A stretch of 63,513 nucleotides of DNA, filler included, from Ionaspis alba (GCA_964255285.1; 3 parts of 3 records of this genome joined end to end with filler, not necessarily neighbours in it), one strand, 5' to 3'; counted from the first letter of the whole stretch, positions 1 to 14,092 are shown. The notes: a model not told the origin generated them from the sequence alone. Translations and numbers: made by a program.

Positions 1-293
1 AGGGGGGGATGGGGGGCTTTAGCGACGTCGGAAGATCACGGATTCAAGTCTGCGAGTGGTCCATTTCTGGCCAATCCAAGCTTGTATGTAAACTTCAGTA
101 AGTTGCCTCTTTTGTATTAGTCTTGACTCTGACTCTTGACTCTCCCTACCCCGATTGCAGTCTAGCCGGCTCGGCCCAACCAATATCGGTTTTGTGATGC
201 CCTTGATGATTGGCTGGTGGTCGATACTTCAATTTTGTTCTCTTCACGTCCCTTACGATCTCTCTGAGCCATTGCTTGCTCCCTCCTGTTACG

Positions 294-1892
294 ATGAGCT
301 CTCTCTACAACCTCGAACCACAACCGACCGCCAAAGTACTCCTACAAACCACCTCTGGCGACCTACTCCTCGAACTTTTTGCCAAGCAGACGCCTCTTAC
401 ATCGCGGAACTTTCTACAACTATGTCTAGATGGGTATTACAATGGGACAATCTTTCACCGCCTAGTTCCTGGTTTTGTGATCCAGGGAGGTGATCCTACA
501 GGTACAGGAGAAGGAGGAGAAGGTATCTACGATGGTGGCCTCTTCGCGGATGAGTTCCATAGCCGACTCAAGTTCAACAGGAGGGGGCTGTTGGGCATGG
601 CTAACACAGGTAGAAAGAATGATAACGGAAGCCAATTCTTTCTGACCCTGGGCAAGACGGAGGAACTCAATGGTAGAAACACCATGTTTGGAAGGATTGT
701 GGGCGATACGATTTACAATTTGATGAAAATGGGAGAGGCAGATCTAGTGGAGGGCGAGGGCAGTGAAAGGCCACTCTATCCTACAAAGATCACAGGAACG
801 GAGATCCTGGTTAACCCTTTCGACGACCTGGTGGCAAGTAAGGCGAAGGTTAGGGCAGTCAACCGGGATGACAAACCTCAAGAAAGGAAAAAGCCGAAAA
901 AGAAAGCTGGGAAGACTCTGTTGAGTTTTGGAGGCGATGAAGGGGAGGACGCAATGGCAGAAGCGGTGATTAAGAAGCCAAAGTTTAATTCTAAGCTTAT
1001 TAGTGCGCCAGCGACGGCAGATGAACCAAGTGCTACGATTGGGAAGGATGCTGTACCCACCAAAAAGATCACAAACCATGTGCGTCCGCATATTGCCAAT
1101 TCTGCGTCACCGCCTCCGAAGCTGAACACGCATCCTGAAACACAGTTGCCCTTGAAGAACAATGAAGAGCCATCGCGAAGTCCAACGTCCTCGCCAGAAT
1201 TAGCGCAAGTGGGCAAAGTGTCCTCCTTGTTGGATCGCACCAATGCTCAGATTGCCGAATTGAAGGCATCCATGAAGCGAAATGTTCCTTCTGCTGCACC
1301 AGAATCTGCACGGAAGAAGTCTGCACTAGAGCAAATGATTCCTGAGACATCCATGCGTGGGAGGAAGCGAAAGCACGGCAACAAAGATGATGGCAAAGCT
1401 GATGCACAGGCTTTGAAAATATTAAATGCCTTTCGGGCAAAACTTGACACAGCTGGTCCAGAGATCGAGCCAGATATACCTTCCAGACAAGAAGATAAGA
1501 AAGATCAGGGCAAGTCGATGTCGAATGGAAATGGTGTTGCAGAAGAGGACGAAGAAGCTTCACTCTGTGACTTGCACTTCATCGCGAATTGCCAGTCCTG
1601 TAAATCGTGGGATGAACATATGACAGGTAATACTGAGGGTGAAGATGACGACAACAAAGGCTGGATGTCTCACGCTTTAAGCTTCGAGAAGGACCGTCTC
1701 GGCAAGGATCTCACTTGGAAGAGAAAGAATGAGGAAGAGTTAGTCGTAATTGATCCCCGCGAAAAGGCCAAGGATATTAAGGAAGAGCAGAGAACTAGAA
1801 GGCTGGCGAAAGGAGGGCCTAGCACTAAGGCCTGGGATAAGGACAGGGACCGTGGGCGTGTGCCGGAAAGGATGGCTGGAGAGCGAGGTTGA
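294..1892 (+). CDS. CWC27: Spliceosomal cyclophilin-type PPIase Cwc27
   Basis: Single exon from ATG 294 (MSSLYNLEPQPTAKV). Cyclophilin motifs FHRLVPGFVIQGGDPTGTG, FADEFHSRLKFNRRGLLGMAN and NGSQFF; charged tail with CDLHFIANCQSC and WMSHALSF. Confidence 0.93.
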   Translation: MSSLYNLEPQPTAKVLLQTTSGDLLLELFAKQTPLTSRNFLQLCLDGYYNGTIFHRLVPGFVIQGGDPTGTGEGGEGIYDGGLFADEFHSRLKFNRRGLLGMANTGRKNDNGSQFFLTLGKTEELNGRNTMFGRIVGDTIYNLMKMGEADLVEGEGSERPLYPTKITGTEILVNPFDDLVASKAKVRAVNRDDKPQERKKPKKKAGKTLLSFGGDEGEDAMAEAVIKKPKFNSKLISAPATADEPSATIGKDAVPTKKITNHVRPHIANSASPPPKLNTHPETQLPLKNNEEPSRSPTSSPELAQVGKVSSLLDRTNAQIAELKASMKRNVPSAAPESARKKSALEQMIPETSMRGRKRKHGNKDDGKADAQALKILNAFRAKLDTAGPEIEPDIPSRQEDKKDQGKSMSNGNGVAEEDEEASLCDLHFIANCQSCKSWDEHMTGNTEGEDDDNKGWMSHALSFEKDRLGKDLTWKRKNEEELVVIDPREKAKDIKEEQRTRRLAKGGPSTKAWDKDRDRGRVPERMAGERG

Positions 1893-2675
1893 TGTATAGC
1901 TTCTAGAATATGACTGCTTATTGAAATACCCTACTATGGATGTTCAAAAACCGTCTTCACTTATATCAACCCTATAATTGTCGATGCCGACGTAAAGGCA
2001 ATTTGAGCCGAGTCTGGAGCTCTCATAGGGCTAATCGACTGACGTTAGCCAATCGGATCTGCCAAGCTCGAACTGGGCATTATGGAAGTCTGATATCACT
2101 GGCATCTTCTGTGACAAGGGCAAGTCTGCACCTCAAAGATCTTCCGTTGAATGCTCTAGACCTTCCTTCAACAACACTCTATATCTTTACAGCTCTTTCA
2201 TACGCGGTGACTCTGGTGTCAAAGCTAGCTGTTCTCTACCCATCGCCTTGCCTTATTACGGCCCTGTGCACTGCAGCCTTCCGAACACTCGCGCTGCGCA
2301 CGAACAATAGCTCTTTATCGTGGCTGATCTCTCAGATCTCTGTCTAGGACAATAGATCAGGCGGGAAGCCTCTCATATCACTGCCAATTGACGGCAGCCT
2401 TCTCTTTCAACGGTCGGCTTCAGCATCTTCAATAGGAGCTGGCCATCTTCTTATGGCCCCGGGTATATTACCACTAGCCCACCAACTGGTTCTCTAATCT
2501 AGCCTCCCTTCTTTCTACTCACAACACGGCAACTGGAGACTGTGACCGGAGAGCGAGGGCAAGGCTGGCATTAGTTTGAAGTGGTCAGCCAGGTACGAAC
2601 ACTGGATAAGGAAGGAAGATATATGCTGAAGGCGTTTAGCTCGATTCAACGACCTCGAAGCAATCTTGGAGTTTG

Positions 2676-5005
2676 ATGCCTCCAGCAGGCTCCCGTAAAC
2701 GCCCTGCACCTGGAGCATCACCGATTGTTCAAAACGAGATGCAGCCTAGCCTGGGCTACAGCACCAATCCGGCGCAAGTGATCAGCGACCAGTATCTGAA
2801 ATGGGAACCGAACACTCCGAATAGCGGCGCTCCAGCTTACCCAGACCCATCAGGTAGCTTTAGTCCTAACATTTACAATACCATGCCAAGTCATGGTCCT
2901 GTTCGGGAGACCTCGGTCCAGCTTGCTCGAAGGCCCGTAGGACAACAGGTCATGTCAAGAGGGCCCTACGATAGTGCTGGGGAGAACTGGTCTGAAATGA
3001 TAGATACTCCGCCGCAACAACCTGTCGAGGATGGTTGGAACAACGACGATGATAATTTGGCCCAAAAAGCTCAAGTGGCTAAGAAAGAAGCACAGCTGAA
3101 ACGCAAGTCGATTCCTCCATTTGTGCAGAAGTTAAGCAGGTAGGACATTCCGCTTTATCACGAAATCGTAGTTCGCTCACGTGTAGAATTAGTTTTCTTG
3201 ATGAGGATCGAAACACAGACTTGATCAGGTGGACTTCAACGGGGGACTCCTTTGTTGTGCTCGACGAAGATGAGTTCGCGAGGACGTTGATTCCAGAACT
3301 CTTCAAACACAACAACTATGCATCCTTCGTGCGCCAGTTGAACATGTACGGCTTTCACAAGAAGGTGGGGTTGTCAGACAATTCGATGAGGGCGAGCGAG
3401 AGAAAAAACAAGACTCCAAGCGAATACTACAATCCTTATTTCAAGAAGGGAAAGCCAAATCTTCTGTGGTTGATCCAGAAGCCAAAACCTGCAGGGAAGA
3501 AAAGACCGGATGCGCAAGAAGATGGCAATCTGGAAGACCATGGCGAGGAGGTCTACGATGCTGACAACCCTACTCCCATCAATCAGGCACCTGAAGACAG
3601 TGGATCAAGCCTACGCAATGCTCGAGCGCCTCTCATGATAGGACCAAGTAATGGTGGACTTCCTCAAGAAGACCTTACAGCCGTACATCAAGAGCTTCAG
3701 CAGATACGGCAACAACAGCAACTGATTTCAGGTGTGATCAAAAAGATAAGACGCGACCACGAACAGCTCTATGGACAAGCTGCCGCATTTCAGGAGCTAC
3801 ACAGCAGACACGAGAACTCCATCAACGCAATACTGACATTCTTAGCCACCGTCTACAATCGAAGTCTTGAAGGTCACGGTGCACAAAACCTTGCGAACCT
3901 CTTTGCTGGCGCAATACCTCACGATTCCCAGCATCAAGGTAGCGTAGTAGACGTTGGAGATCTCAATACTCCAGACGGTGGTGCTCCCAATTCTCAATTT
4001 CGGCGACCGATCAGGAGAGCACCCTTACTTTTGCACGCACCGCCACCTGAAGTTCATGACCTCGAGAATGGAGGGTCTCCTGATGGCTTCCAAGCTCAAT
4101 CTGGTGGCGGCATGCAGCAGAGACCACAAACCCGATCATCCAATATACAGCCACAAAGCAACACATACCTTCAGTCCAACTCACCAGCTGCAAGATCTGG
4201 CGCCATCCACGAAGTCTTCGATCACGGTGGATCAAATCGATCTTCGCAGAGTCCGCAAGTTTCTACCAAGAACGACCCCAGCAGGCCGATGGCAGAAAAC
4301 GACATACTCTCCTTTATCAACTCCGAGAACGCGAATGGCTCCAATTTCGGTGGGAATCGGATGGACTTTCCTGAAGCGCTTTCACACCTACAGACAGCGG
4401 ATGGAAAGTCTCCCTTGACCACAAACCAGCGCAATAACGTCCTCCAAATGATCGCGAATGGAAGTGCCGCCACTACTCCAAGTGGTAGCAACAACAATAA
4501 TGCTCTGACCTCTCCTAATCCACCTGTACCGGACATACCGCATTGGAATGCAACCAAGGACGAACTTGATTTCCTGGAGAAGACTCTTAGGGAACAAGAT
4601 TCTAAAGTGGCCAACCTCTCTAACATGCTACAACCTCTGAGTCCATCCGGGTCAATCCCAGGTCTTACGGACTCGCAGGGTTACGGTGGAACCGGCAATT
4701 CCGACCCCTTAGATTTCGATCAGATATTCAACAGTGGGGACTACTTCAATGACACAGCCGGCGCGACTGATCTAAATTTTGACGCTCCTCCAGGGAACTT
4801 CGATACCATGGATGACTTTGATTTCAACGACCCTCTAGGTCATGGTACCACCAACGGTTTTGACTCTGATACACCGGGTGACCAAGGCGGCAGAATAGTG
4901 GAGACTGTAGGCAGCAGCGAGGCGACGACGCCTGCTAACACGGCGGATGATGGAGGTGGTTATGAGGCCGGGAGGAGTCCGAGGAAAAGGAGACGCAGGA
5001 ATTGA
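2676..5005 (+). CDS. HSF1: Heat shock transcription factor (2 exons; intron 3140-3192)
   Basis: Splicing restores the HSF DNA-binding domain IPPFVQKLSSFLDEDRNTDLIRW...FKHNNYASFVRQLNMYGFHKK, followed by a coiled-coil trimerisation region. Confidence 0.9.
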
Positions 5006-6102
5006 TCAACGTAAAAAAGGAATTGGGCTTTGTGGCTCTTGTATTATGGGATTTGACTTGATGAACATAACGACCTTTCATTACGGGGTAACGCAGCGAT
5101 TTTTTGGCTGTTTGGCGGGATTGATACCATTTTTGCAGGCTGGTGGCAGTTCTGCTTGGGGAGCATGGAAATCATGCATGTAGATAGTTGAAGGTTCCAC
5201 GGAAATTCAATCAACATCTCTGATTGGCAAATACTTTTTATGAATGTGTGGCCTTGTGGACTGACCAAGTTATCTTGACGCGACTGTTTTCCTTCTAAAG
5301 CAAACTGACAGGACTCGCTGAATAGTTTTATTCATTATCATGCACCTTCTATATCCCAACTACGATCAACGTTATTCGTAATTGCATGGAGCATCTCGAC
5401 ATGACAGGGCTGTGAGAGAAGCATAATTTTATGCACGCCTATGAATGTCTGCACCTTGCAGTTGTGCAATCCAACGTCCACCACCAACCATCTCCTACCA
5501 TTCGAGGCGAGCATGGGCTTCAAAACTCAAATATCAGAGGCTAATCCTCCCTTGCTGTGTTCCTCAACCTCAGATATGCAGAATCGAAGGAATCAATCTT
5601 GTGGACTTTCCAGGAGACATCCGCCATAGGGGCATGTTGGGGGCTGTCTATCTCAAATGCTTCCACACAAGGATCACTTGATCCCACTGCAACAGCACCC
5701 CAAGCAAGTTTCAGCTGGATCTCTTCGTTCTATATCCCATCGACCAGGCTTCCACCCCTCAGCATCCGGTATCCATGCCGTCTCTCTCAGACTCGCACGA
5801 ATCCCCCAATACCACCGCCAAGCACCCATCACGTGGCCAATCCCGCAAAATCAAAACAACGGTAGCCTCCATACAGCCTAGTGCATTTCTTCACAAGCGA
5901 CTCATTTTCTTCGCCGCGAGCCCTCGCATCGGAACTCACGACACGCAACACAGCATCACAACAATCAAGCAAGGCGCACCACGCAACTCCATCCACGACG
6001 CCTCAACCTCCACAAACCAGCCAACGTTTCCAGATCCACAGCTCCTCTCGTACACATACTATTGGTCAACTTCATCGCTTTTCGAAAATCCGATAGCTCG
6101 AA

Positions 6103-6874
6103 ATGGCTGGCGGCAAGGGTAAATCGACGGGAGGCAAGGCCGGGCCCAAGGATACGGCGGGCAAGAGCCAGAAATCGCACAGTGCGAAGGCTGGGTTGCA
6201 GGTAAGCTGCTAGAAGTTCCTGCTCCACGGCAGTGTCGTGAGATGGTGGAGGGACGAGATGGCGATCACGGCGCGTCATGGCAAATAACATCACAAACAC
6301 CTCTCGCGCCGATTTCTACCGCTCTCACTGCGCTGTGAGCGTCGTAGTTGGGCTGGGTCTTGCTTCACACCTTCAGGATGTGCGAGCTCTCACCGCGAGA
6401 CTGGCGGCGGCGCGTCTCGTCCGCCTTCGATCATGAATGCTGTCACCTTTCGTGCCCAGAAACATACACTGACCCATGCCTCTTCGACAGTTCCCCTGCG
6501 GCAGAGTCAAGCGTTTCTTAAAGAACAACACGCAAAACAAAATGCGCGTCGGTGCCAAAGGTATGTTCCTCCCCACCTACATCCCATCCCTCCCTTCTTT
6601 CCGACACTAACATCCTCCGCTCTCCCCAGCTGCCGTCTATGTAACCGCCGTCCTCGAATACCTCACAGCCGAAGTCCTCGAACTAGCCGGCAACGCAGCC
6701 AAAGATCTAAAAGTCAAGCGCATCACGCCCCGCCACCTGCAACTCGCGATCCGCGGCGACGAGGAGCTGGATACATTGATTAGAGCTACGATCGCGTTCG
6801 GTGGTGTGCTGCCACATATCAATCGTGCGTTGTTGTTGAAGGTGGAGCAGAAGAAGAAGGGGAAGGAGGCTTAG
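6103..6874 (+). CDS. HTZ1: Histone H2A.Z (exons 6103-6201, 6491-6560, 6630-6874)
   Basis: Not in the ORF track. Spliced translation MAGGKGKS...[101 protein letters not shown]. Confidence 0.97.
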
Positions 6875-8094
6875 AGATGGGGTTGTTGCTGGGCTAGGGA
6901 TGATTGAGGGGGGTTTAGAGGCGTTCGATTTTTTCTGCGTGAGCAAGGGATCGTTGGTAGTGTCTTGAGGGCGAGATGGGGCCGTGAGGTGGGAACGGTC
7001 TTGTTAGATGCTGGGGCTCTTGGGCTCTTGTGAGGAGGTTTTGCATTTTCTGTATGACTAATTATTTCGGAGTGGAGAGGGGGGAAAAAACATTTCGATG
7101 CTTTTATTTGTTGGTTGAATCGCTGCGACTGTCTTGCAAGTCCATGTAATCGTTTTGTCTGGCTGTTTTGATGACGAGGCCCGACACGGAAGCTTGGACT
7201 ACATGCCACGGGCAGTCATGACACAAGTTCGATACTGTAGCAAACACACTGAATCTCACCTACGACGACTAAGGTATCACGCGACTTTGTACAGGCACAA
7301 ACACTGGAGATACCAATTTGTTTGAACTGCGTAAAGATGATTAAAATTAATACGAATGGTTAATTCGATCCAGAGCAGTACATCGCGGACGAGGCCGCAG
7401 GGAGCCACGACGAAATCGAAGAATAAGAGAACAAATTGTATATATGCACTAGAAAGGTAAGATGGTTTGATTCCTTCCACGAACTCGAAGACAAAGCAGG
7501 ATATCGAGAGGGATAGCGGATCGATGAGGAGGTTGGTGTGAGAAAGGTCGACAACAGCGACAACTAGATGGTCGGCAGTGACGTGTTTGTTGATGATACA
7601 TTCGTGAGTGCGGCCGTGAGAAGGTAAGCTGCGTTGACTGCTGCATTGGTTGGACGACATGGATGGGTAGATGAGCTCGTGTGGGCAAGCATGTTCGATC
7701 CTTTCCCTGTTTGCTCAGATATTCGTATTCGTAAAAGATCCCTTCTTTTCCTCCTTGGACCCTCGTCACAGAGAGCAAAAATAGTCGATAATGGTAAACG
7801 GGGAAATAAATAATGCCAGACAAATCGACAAGCACGCGTAAGAAGCAGCTTTGCAAAAATAACAAGAGTATTAAGTTGGAGTTGATCCAGATGCGCGCGA
7901 CTTCGGTTGATTTTGACAAACGTGAGATAGACCAAGTATGCGAGAGGGTAGCCCCAGGGTAGTGTTCTAGTATTTCGTTTCGTCATCGGCTTTCATCAGT
8001 CGTTCGTTTTTTCTTTCCTCCCTCCCAAATTCCTTAACTTCTCATGCATAGTTTTCGTCTTCGTATACCATTCACATTCTTTGATATTCTTTCT

Positions 8095-10073
8095 TCACTC
8101 CACAATAATCTCCACACTCGACGACTGCCTCAGCTCGTCGCTTCCTCTCTGCTGATGGCCGTTCTGCCGTCCGCGGGAGAACCCGGGACCGCGTTCGACG
8201 GCAGGGCCTCGTGGTTGTCTCATCGGTAGGTTCTGACTGCGATCTCTTGATTGCTCGTCCACGTTATTTATGCTGAAGTTTCTGTTGCTGCCAATCGGAC
8301 CGGTGGGTGGTCCTTGGCTTTCTTGATCCCAAGAGAACATGCCTCGAAGGCGTCGAGGACTACCTCCTGCAGGTCCCAAGTTGCTGCTTCCAAGCGACAT
8401 ACCCCCGAGTCCGTTGACTAGAAGGCCCTCCTCACGATGTTGACCCAGTGCCGATCCAGATGCTGTAGGGGTTAGGGTAGGAGTCATCGACGAAGCGCTG
8501 CCTGGACCGTAGTCTGCATAGCGCGCAATGTTCGAGTGTGGAGCGATGGGAAAGCTGGCGGAGGATGGGACGGGAGATGGCGTGTAAGAGCGCAGATCTG
8601 CAAAAGATTTGGCAGCGCGGAGATTTTGCTGCGCACCAAAGCTATTGGGCGAGTCAGGTATGCCTAAAAATCCGGTCGACTGTTGACCTCGCAAGGTATT
8701 GTACATGCCGGGATCTGAACCTCTGGCTTCACTAAAGTCAGTTGTCGCAGCTCGATTGAGGACACGTCGAGATGCATCTCCATGCAGAGTTGACACTTGG
8801 GGGATTGGAGGACTGATGTTGCTGCCTGGTGCGGCGCGGAAGACATGAACCTGGCGCTGATCTCCATTACCGCGGGACACGTGTGCCAATTGCATGTGAT
8901 GGGCCAACGTGTGCACAATGCGGCGCTGCTGAGGAGACAGATTGGAGGGGAAAATCAGAGCTTCTCGCGAGTGGTCGTCACGGAAAAGGAGAAGTTCCGA
9001 GTAAAATTGCAAAGTCTGGGGATCGTTGAGATCTACGTCTTTGTCACACATCTTAGCATTGCTCCTATAACAAGATGCTTTGCTTTGCTTTGCTTACCTG
9101 GCTTTGCGTTTCGTGCCGACACGGGCGAGGGTGACGTTGCGGGGATATGAGAAGAAAGCGATGACATGGATGGCTGTGAGTGTAGCGCAGGTGTACCCAT
9201 AGGTCGATGTTGCTCTTCCAGCTGACCTCGACGCTCCCTTTTCTCTCGCTCAATACGTTCTCTTTCTTGAAGCGGAAGCATCTTCTTGTATTCCACCCTC
9301 AGCTTCCGTCCTTGCAGCTCAAAATGGTTGAGGTGATCAATGACTGTTGCGGTCTCATCTGCTGACGTGAAATTCGCAAATGCAAGACCACGGAAAACGC
9401 CGTTGTCGAAATGGTAGTTGAAGGCATATGGAAGTGGTAGATTCATCTGAGTCATCAAATCGACCAGCTGCTCCTTCTTCACAGCGAACGGTATGTTTTT
9501 GATAACGATGGCGGTTGGTATGAGCTCCTCGTCTGGATCGTTGTGATAGGACTCCGCACGAAGCTGAGATGCTCCCAAAGGAGAAGGACCAAGACCGGTA
9601 AAAGTGTTCATATTTGGCAACGGAGGTACCGGAGGGATTCCCTGCTGATCAAGCCATGTCTACGAATGGTCAGAGCCGCGAGATTTAAGGATCGAGAAAA
9701 TGGAAGGCAAAAAAGGGGGACGAACACTTGGTAATCCAGCGCGACCACGATTATTGGGCTTCATCCGTCCTGTAGCCGCGAAAGCATTGAAAGTATTCGC
9801 ATTACCGAAAGCGCCGGGGTTCCAAGACTGGGCCCCCGAAAAGTCGTAGCCATAGCCACCATTATGCAAGTTGGTGTTCATTCGGTCGAACCTGTTGGTC
9901 TCGTATCTCGACGCATGGTCGTCTGGTGTATAGAGGGTACTCGGCATCTGACCATAAGCATCGAATTGACGCGAAGGCTGTCGATGTAAAGTCTGCTGCT
10001 GATGGCGGTGAGAACCAGGAGAGCGAGATGAGGTCTGGTCGTAATACATGTCTTGGTGATGGTGGGTGTTCAT
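8095..10073 (-). CDS. PIN4: Pin4/Cip2-like RNA-binding protein, RRM + R3H (introns 9725-9660, 9097-9039)
   Basis: RRM IPTAIVIKNIPFAVKKEQL...FRGLAFANF...LRVEYKKML; R3H LSPQQRRIVHTLAHHMQLAHVS. Splice junctions keep frame. Start codon choice is uncertain. Confidence 0.87.
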
Positions 10074-12453
10074 GTCGTAAGAAATGCGGCTAGCCGTACA
10101 CACTCGAATCGGGGCGCCGTGATCCTGTGATGAGAAGGATTGCGTTAACTGTGCTCGGACCTATAGATCCAAGGAGACTTTTGGTGAGATTTTGTGTAAC
10201 TCAAGGACCAGGAGTTCGTAAATGGGCCACGTATAATACAGGTGTTTGTTGCAGACTCAAAGGTACGAAGCCAATATGTCCAGATGGCAGTACTCGAGGT
10301 CTATCGCGTTCGTGTCGATTCGTGGTTCGTTTCTTTTGTGCTCGTAAGTCGTACCAGCGTGGGAGTCGTGAAGAACTTAGTCCAGAAGGAGTGGTAATAT
10401 CGTGACGGCTGGAATTTTATATTGGAGCTGTTTAGGGATAGTCGGAGCTCGATGCTATAATTGCTGTTGCTTGCCTGCAAATTCGTTACTCTTCCCCAGC
10501 GCCCACTTGCAAGCTACAACGAGCTTCGACGACTCGTCCGGAAAGGTGAGCTGCAAGCGCAAAGTTCAGGAAAAGACAGAGTCCATGAGGGTCCAAGCCG
10601 GCAAATGGGAGAGAATGTGAAAAGATGGGGACGGCGATGGAGTAGATGCAGACACATGTGGGAGGGAGAAATAGGTGTGAGTGCTTCGAGGTTCGAGGGC
10701 AGATGACGGCCCTTGCACTAAAAGTGACAATTTCTCGGCTGTCAAGTCCAAGCTGAGGGAAAAGGGGAAACCGTTTCTACCATGGCTTTCATGGCCCTGA
10801 TTGACTACTTGTTTGGTAAGTTATATGTTATACTTTTTACATCCACCGTCACGCTCTCTCCATAGGACACCTGAGTCTCTGTCTCGAAGGCATCATTGGG
10901 TACAGGGTGACAGGTGTTCTGGCAGCCGTGCTGCATACGTGCAGACGAGGTGCGCAACGTGGTTGGCTGCTGTGGGGAGGGGCAAAAAGCTATGTGGGAT
11001 TATTTAGTTGTGACCAGCGGCGATGTCATGTCCACCTTTCGAAGCTTTCGCTCAAAACGACCTGCTTTCCGAATGCCCTCGTGTCATCCCTGACCCCCAA
11101 GGGCGGGAGCTCTCGCTCTGCATCCTTTGGTTGCCTTTTTGGCTGGCTGGCGGGAGTGGCCGAGCTTCCTTTGGCCCCTAGAACAAGGATAGCAGTAGCT
11201 TTTCCCTTGACTTTTCGTCGCATGCCAATGAAAATTCCAAGGCGTTGAAAAATCAGACGGTAGTCGAGTCGCGGATTATGCGGGCAGCGATTTATGATAT
11301 CGTATTCGCCTCTGTCGCTGGCTAAGGAGGATCATGGGGCCAAAGCCGCACTCGCATGGGACAGTCTTCTTACTGCCCGGACTCCCAAGTCCGAAGTGTG
11401 AGTGACGGGGCGTGGAAAGGATTCTGATTGCAAGATGATTACTCCGTGTATTTTCTGTGGTCCAAGCCCACACTAGAAAGCACATACTTCTGGTTCTGTA
11501 GAAATAGAGCCTCGGAGGCTGCTCGACAGTGCCGGTTTCACCACAACCTAACCAACTCAGCATGCCACCACCACTATCACCACCCTGTCGACTCCTTCGT
11601 CCCGTCTCCTTTCTTCACCCTGTGACCATATCCTTGAGTGGGAAATGCACGAGAAGTCCGACAGTACGAGCCGTGTGACGGGCGGATTTCTCCCGGCATT
11701 GGACTGTCGGACTTCTAGCGAAGTTCTAGCCGCCCTCCACCTTCTCGGACGGTGAGTGGTCGCAGAGGAGGACCTTCGAAACTGCATCTGTCCCAATGCC
11801 AAGGTTCAATGCATGGTCCATTTACGCCATCATGGCGATCGGCGGAGTCTTTTCAGTCATGTGATTTAATGGAGGGTGGATCCCGAGAGGGATTTGTCCA
11901 TCTTCCGACTTGTCTCTGTATTGTAGGATTCTTCGAAGTGTCAAAGCACATTAAACACCTTTGGGGGCGTATGCCTTTGGGAGCAGATCGCCCTTTCTCA
12001 TATTTCATTGGATATGACGCTTGTCCCTAGTCGCATTCGTCTGTCCCAATTCGAACTCCCTCGGAAATTTTCTGCAGTTGTGTCAGGACTTAATCGATGG
12101 CATCGGACCCCTAGAGAAATCTAATTAGCTCTGGGATGACATATTGCAGATCTGCGTCGACGATCAAACAGAATAGCACAACTCAAAAGAAAGCTTCTCA
12201 AGAGCAGATCTTGATCTCATTGTAGCTTAGTCATCTGGACACTGGCGACCTCCCCGTTCTCGCATACTCCCATTTCTTGCATCAGAATCAGTTGTCTTTG
12301 GGTGACAGAATGTAACTTCTACAGTACAACGGTTGTGCATCGAGACGTGGAGGAGATCGGCAAGATCATGATCATTTTTCTACAAATCTTTTGCTCTCTT
12401 TGAAACTATTTTGAAGAAAGACCTAACGCCGGTACTGTACCTCCAAGCTATGC

Positions 12454-13862
12454 TCATGATCCTTTACCTAACCCTCCATGCTCCATTAAATCCACCCCAT
12501 TCCTGACAACACCAACCATTCCGCCGGTTTGCACCGTCTCACTTCCTCCACCACTGAGTCTGTATTCCACTTCGGCTAGTCCTTCCAGCCACGATATCCT
12601 GGTCTGTGGTGGCACTTCCAGTTTCCCCAGTTCCTCGTCGAGAGCCGTGATTATATCTGCTAATGCAAGGCCCTTATTAGCTTTCAGGGCATTTATCGTG
12701 TTTAGGCAGGATGTGATATCGGTTGTGGTGAGAAGTGTGGTTAGTATGGTCTGGATATCTGCTGGATGAGGGGCAGCAATGCACTCGTATATGGTTTCGT
12801 TAGTTATCATTTCTCGTTTTATCGTTGAAGGGTCTGGCTTTGGTTGGCCTTTTATGTGAAGAGGAGTGCCTGAGCAATTGCATTAGCACCGTCGGGGAGT
12901 CAGGCGGCTAATGCGGCTTACTACTAGCATGACAAGCTTGTAGAACGTTCAATGCTCTCCTCATATCCCCTTTACTTAGCCTGACCAAACTCTCCACCGC
13001 TTCTAGTTGAATCTTCACTTCCTCCTTCTCTATTACAAGATCTATCAATGATCTAATATCGGCCTCTTTCAATGGACTGAACCGGAAACGTGTACACCGA
13101 GATAAAAGCGCAGGAGAGAGCTTGTGAGTATAGTTCGCAATGATACAAAACCGGGTGTTCGCCGTGTACTTTTCCATAATTCGTCGAAGAGCCATCTGAG
13201 CCACCGAAGTCATGGCATCGGCCTCGTCAAGAACGATCAGCTTGAAGGCACCTAATGTCGGAGCCTCTCCACCTTTGGGCATGGCAGTGAATATCTGTTT
13301 TGTGCCTATCATCTTTGTCAATTGAATATCCATTGTCTGTGTAAGGGTCCCGTACTTGCGAATGTCTTAATTTGATCTCGCACAACATCGATACCTCGAT
13401 CATCACTAGCATTGAGCTCAAGAACCATCTGCCTCATATTCTTGTTGCCGTATATCCTTCTGGCCAGGGCCAGCACTGTAGATGTCTTGCCTGTTCCTGG
13501 AGGACCGTAGAGAAGGAGATGAGGTAGACGCTAACCAATCCGTATCAGCTATGGAATAGGTCTGGAGGACATCTCGTGTATACATTAGATTCGACGAATT
13601 TGTTGATCGTGACTAGAATGTCTTGGTGTCCAGATACATCATCGAGGGTATCTGGTCGATACTTTTCTACCCTTCAAATGTCTCATCAGTGACGAAGTTG
13701 AGTGAAGCACAAGATTACCTACCATGGTAGACTGTCTTCCGCCTCAACTGGTAGATTTGCAGCGCTCCGCTTCCCTTTGGCATTGGTATTGTCTGCACTG
13801 AAGGTAATCGAATCCTTAACCGGCGGCGCATCCACCTCCATCTCATCCTCAAAGTCCGACAT
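12454..13862 (-). CDS. RFC3: Replication factor C small subunit, yeast Rfc3 / human RFC5 type (5 exons)
   Basis: LPW/VEKYRP, Walker [26 protein letters not shown], Walker [12 protein letters not shown] motif [21 protein letters not shown]. Confidence 0.92.
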
Positions 13863-14092
13863 CTTGTTAAGTCGACACAAAGACACCTGTTTGTCGACGC
13901 CGGCTTGTTGTAATTGTGAAATTTGTATAGATCAACGGAATCGTTCTTGAGGACGACGCGAGCCGCGTTAAGTGATGCAGGGATCAGATTCAGCCTTATG
14001 ATGCTCTGACGACGCCCGCACTGTTTTGTCAATCGCTACTTCGGAGGCATTCGAGTATCTCAGGTTTTCTGAGCATTGTCAGAGGCTTCAAG

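Noticed and set aside
124..142. Three tandem TGACTC upstream of CWC27
   Set aside because: None is the full TGACTCA; more likely a short slippage repeat.
1901..2170. HSE-like TTCTAGAA and a degenerate nGAAn run upstream of HSF1 (autoregulation)
   Set aside because: Only two good units; a functional HSE normally needs three.
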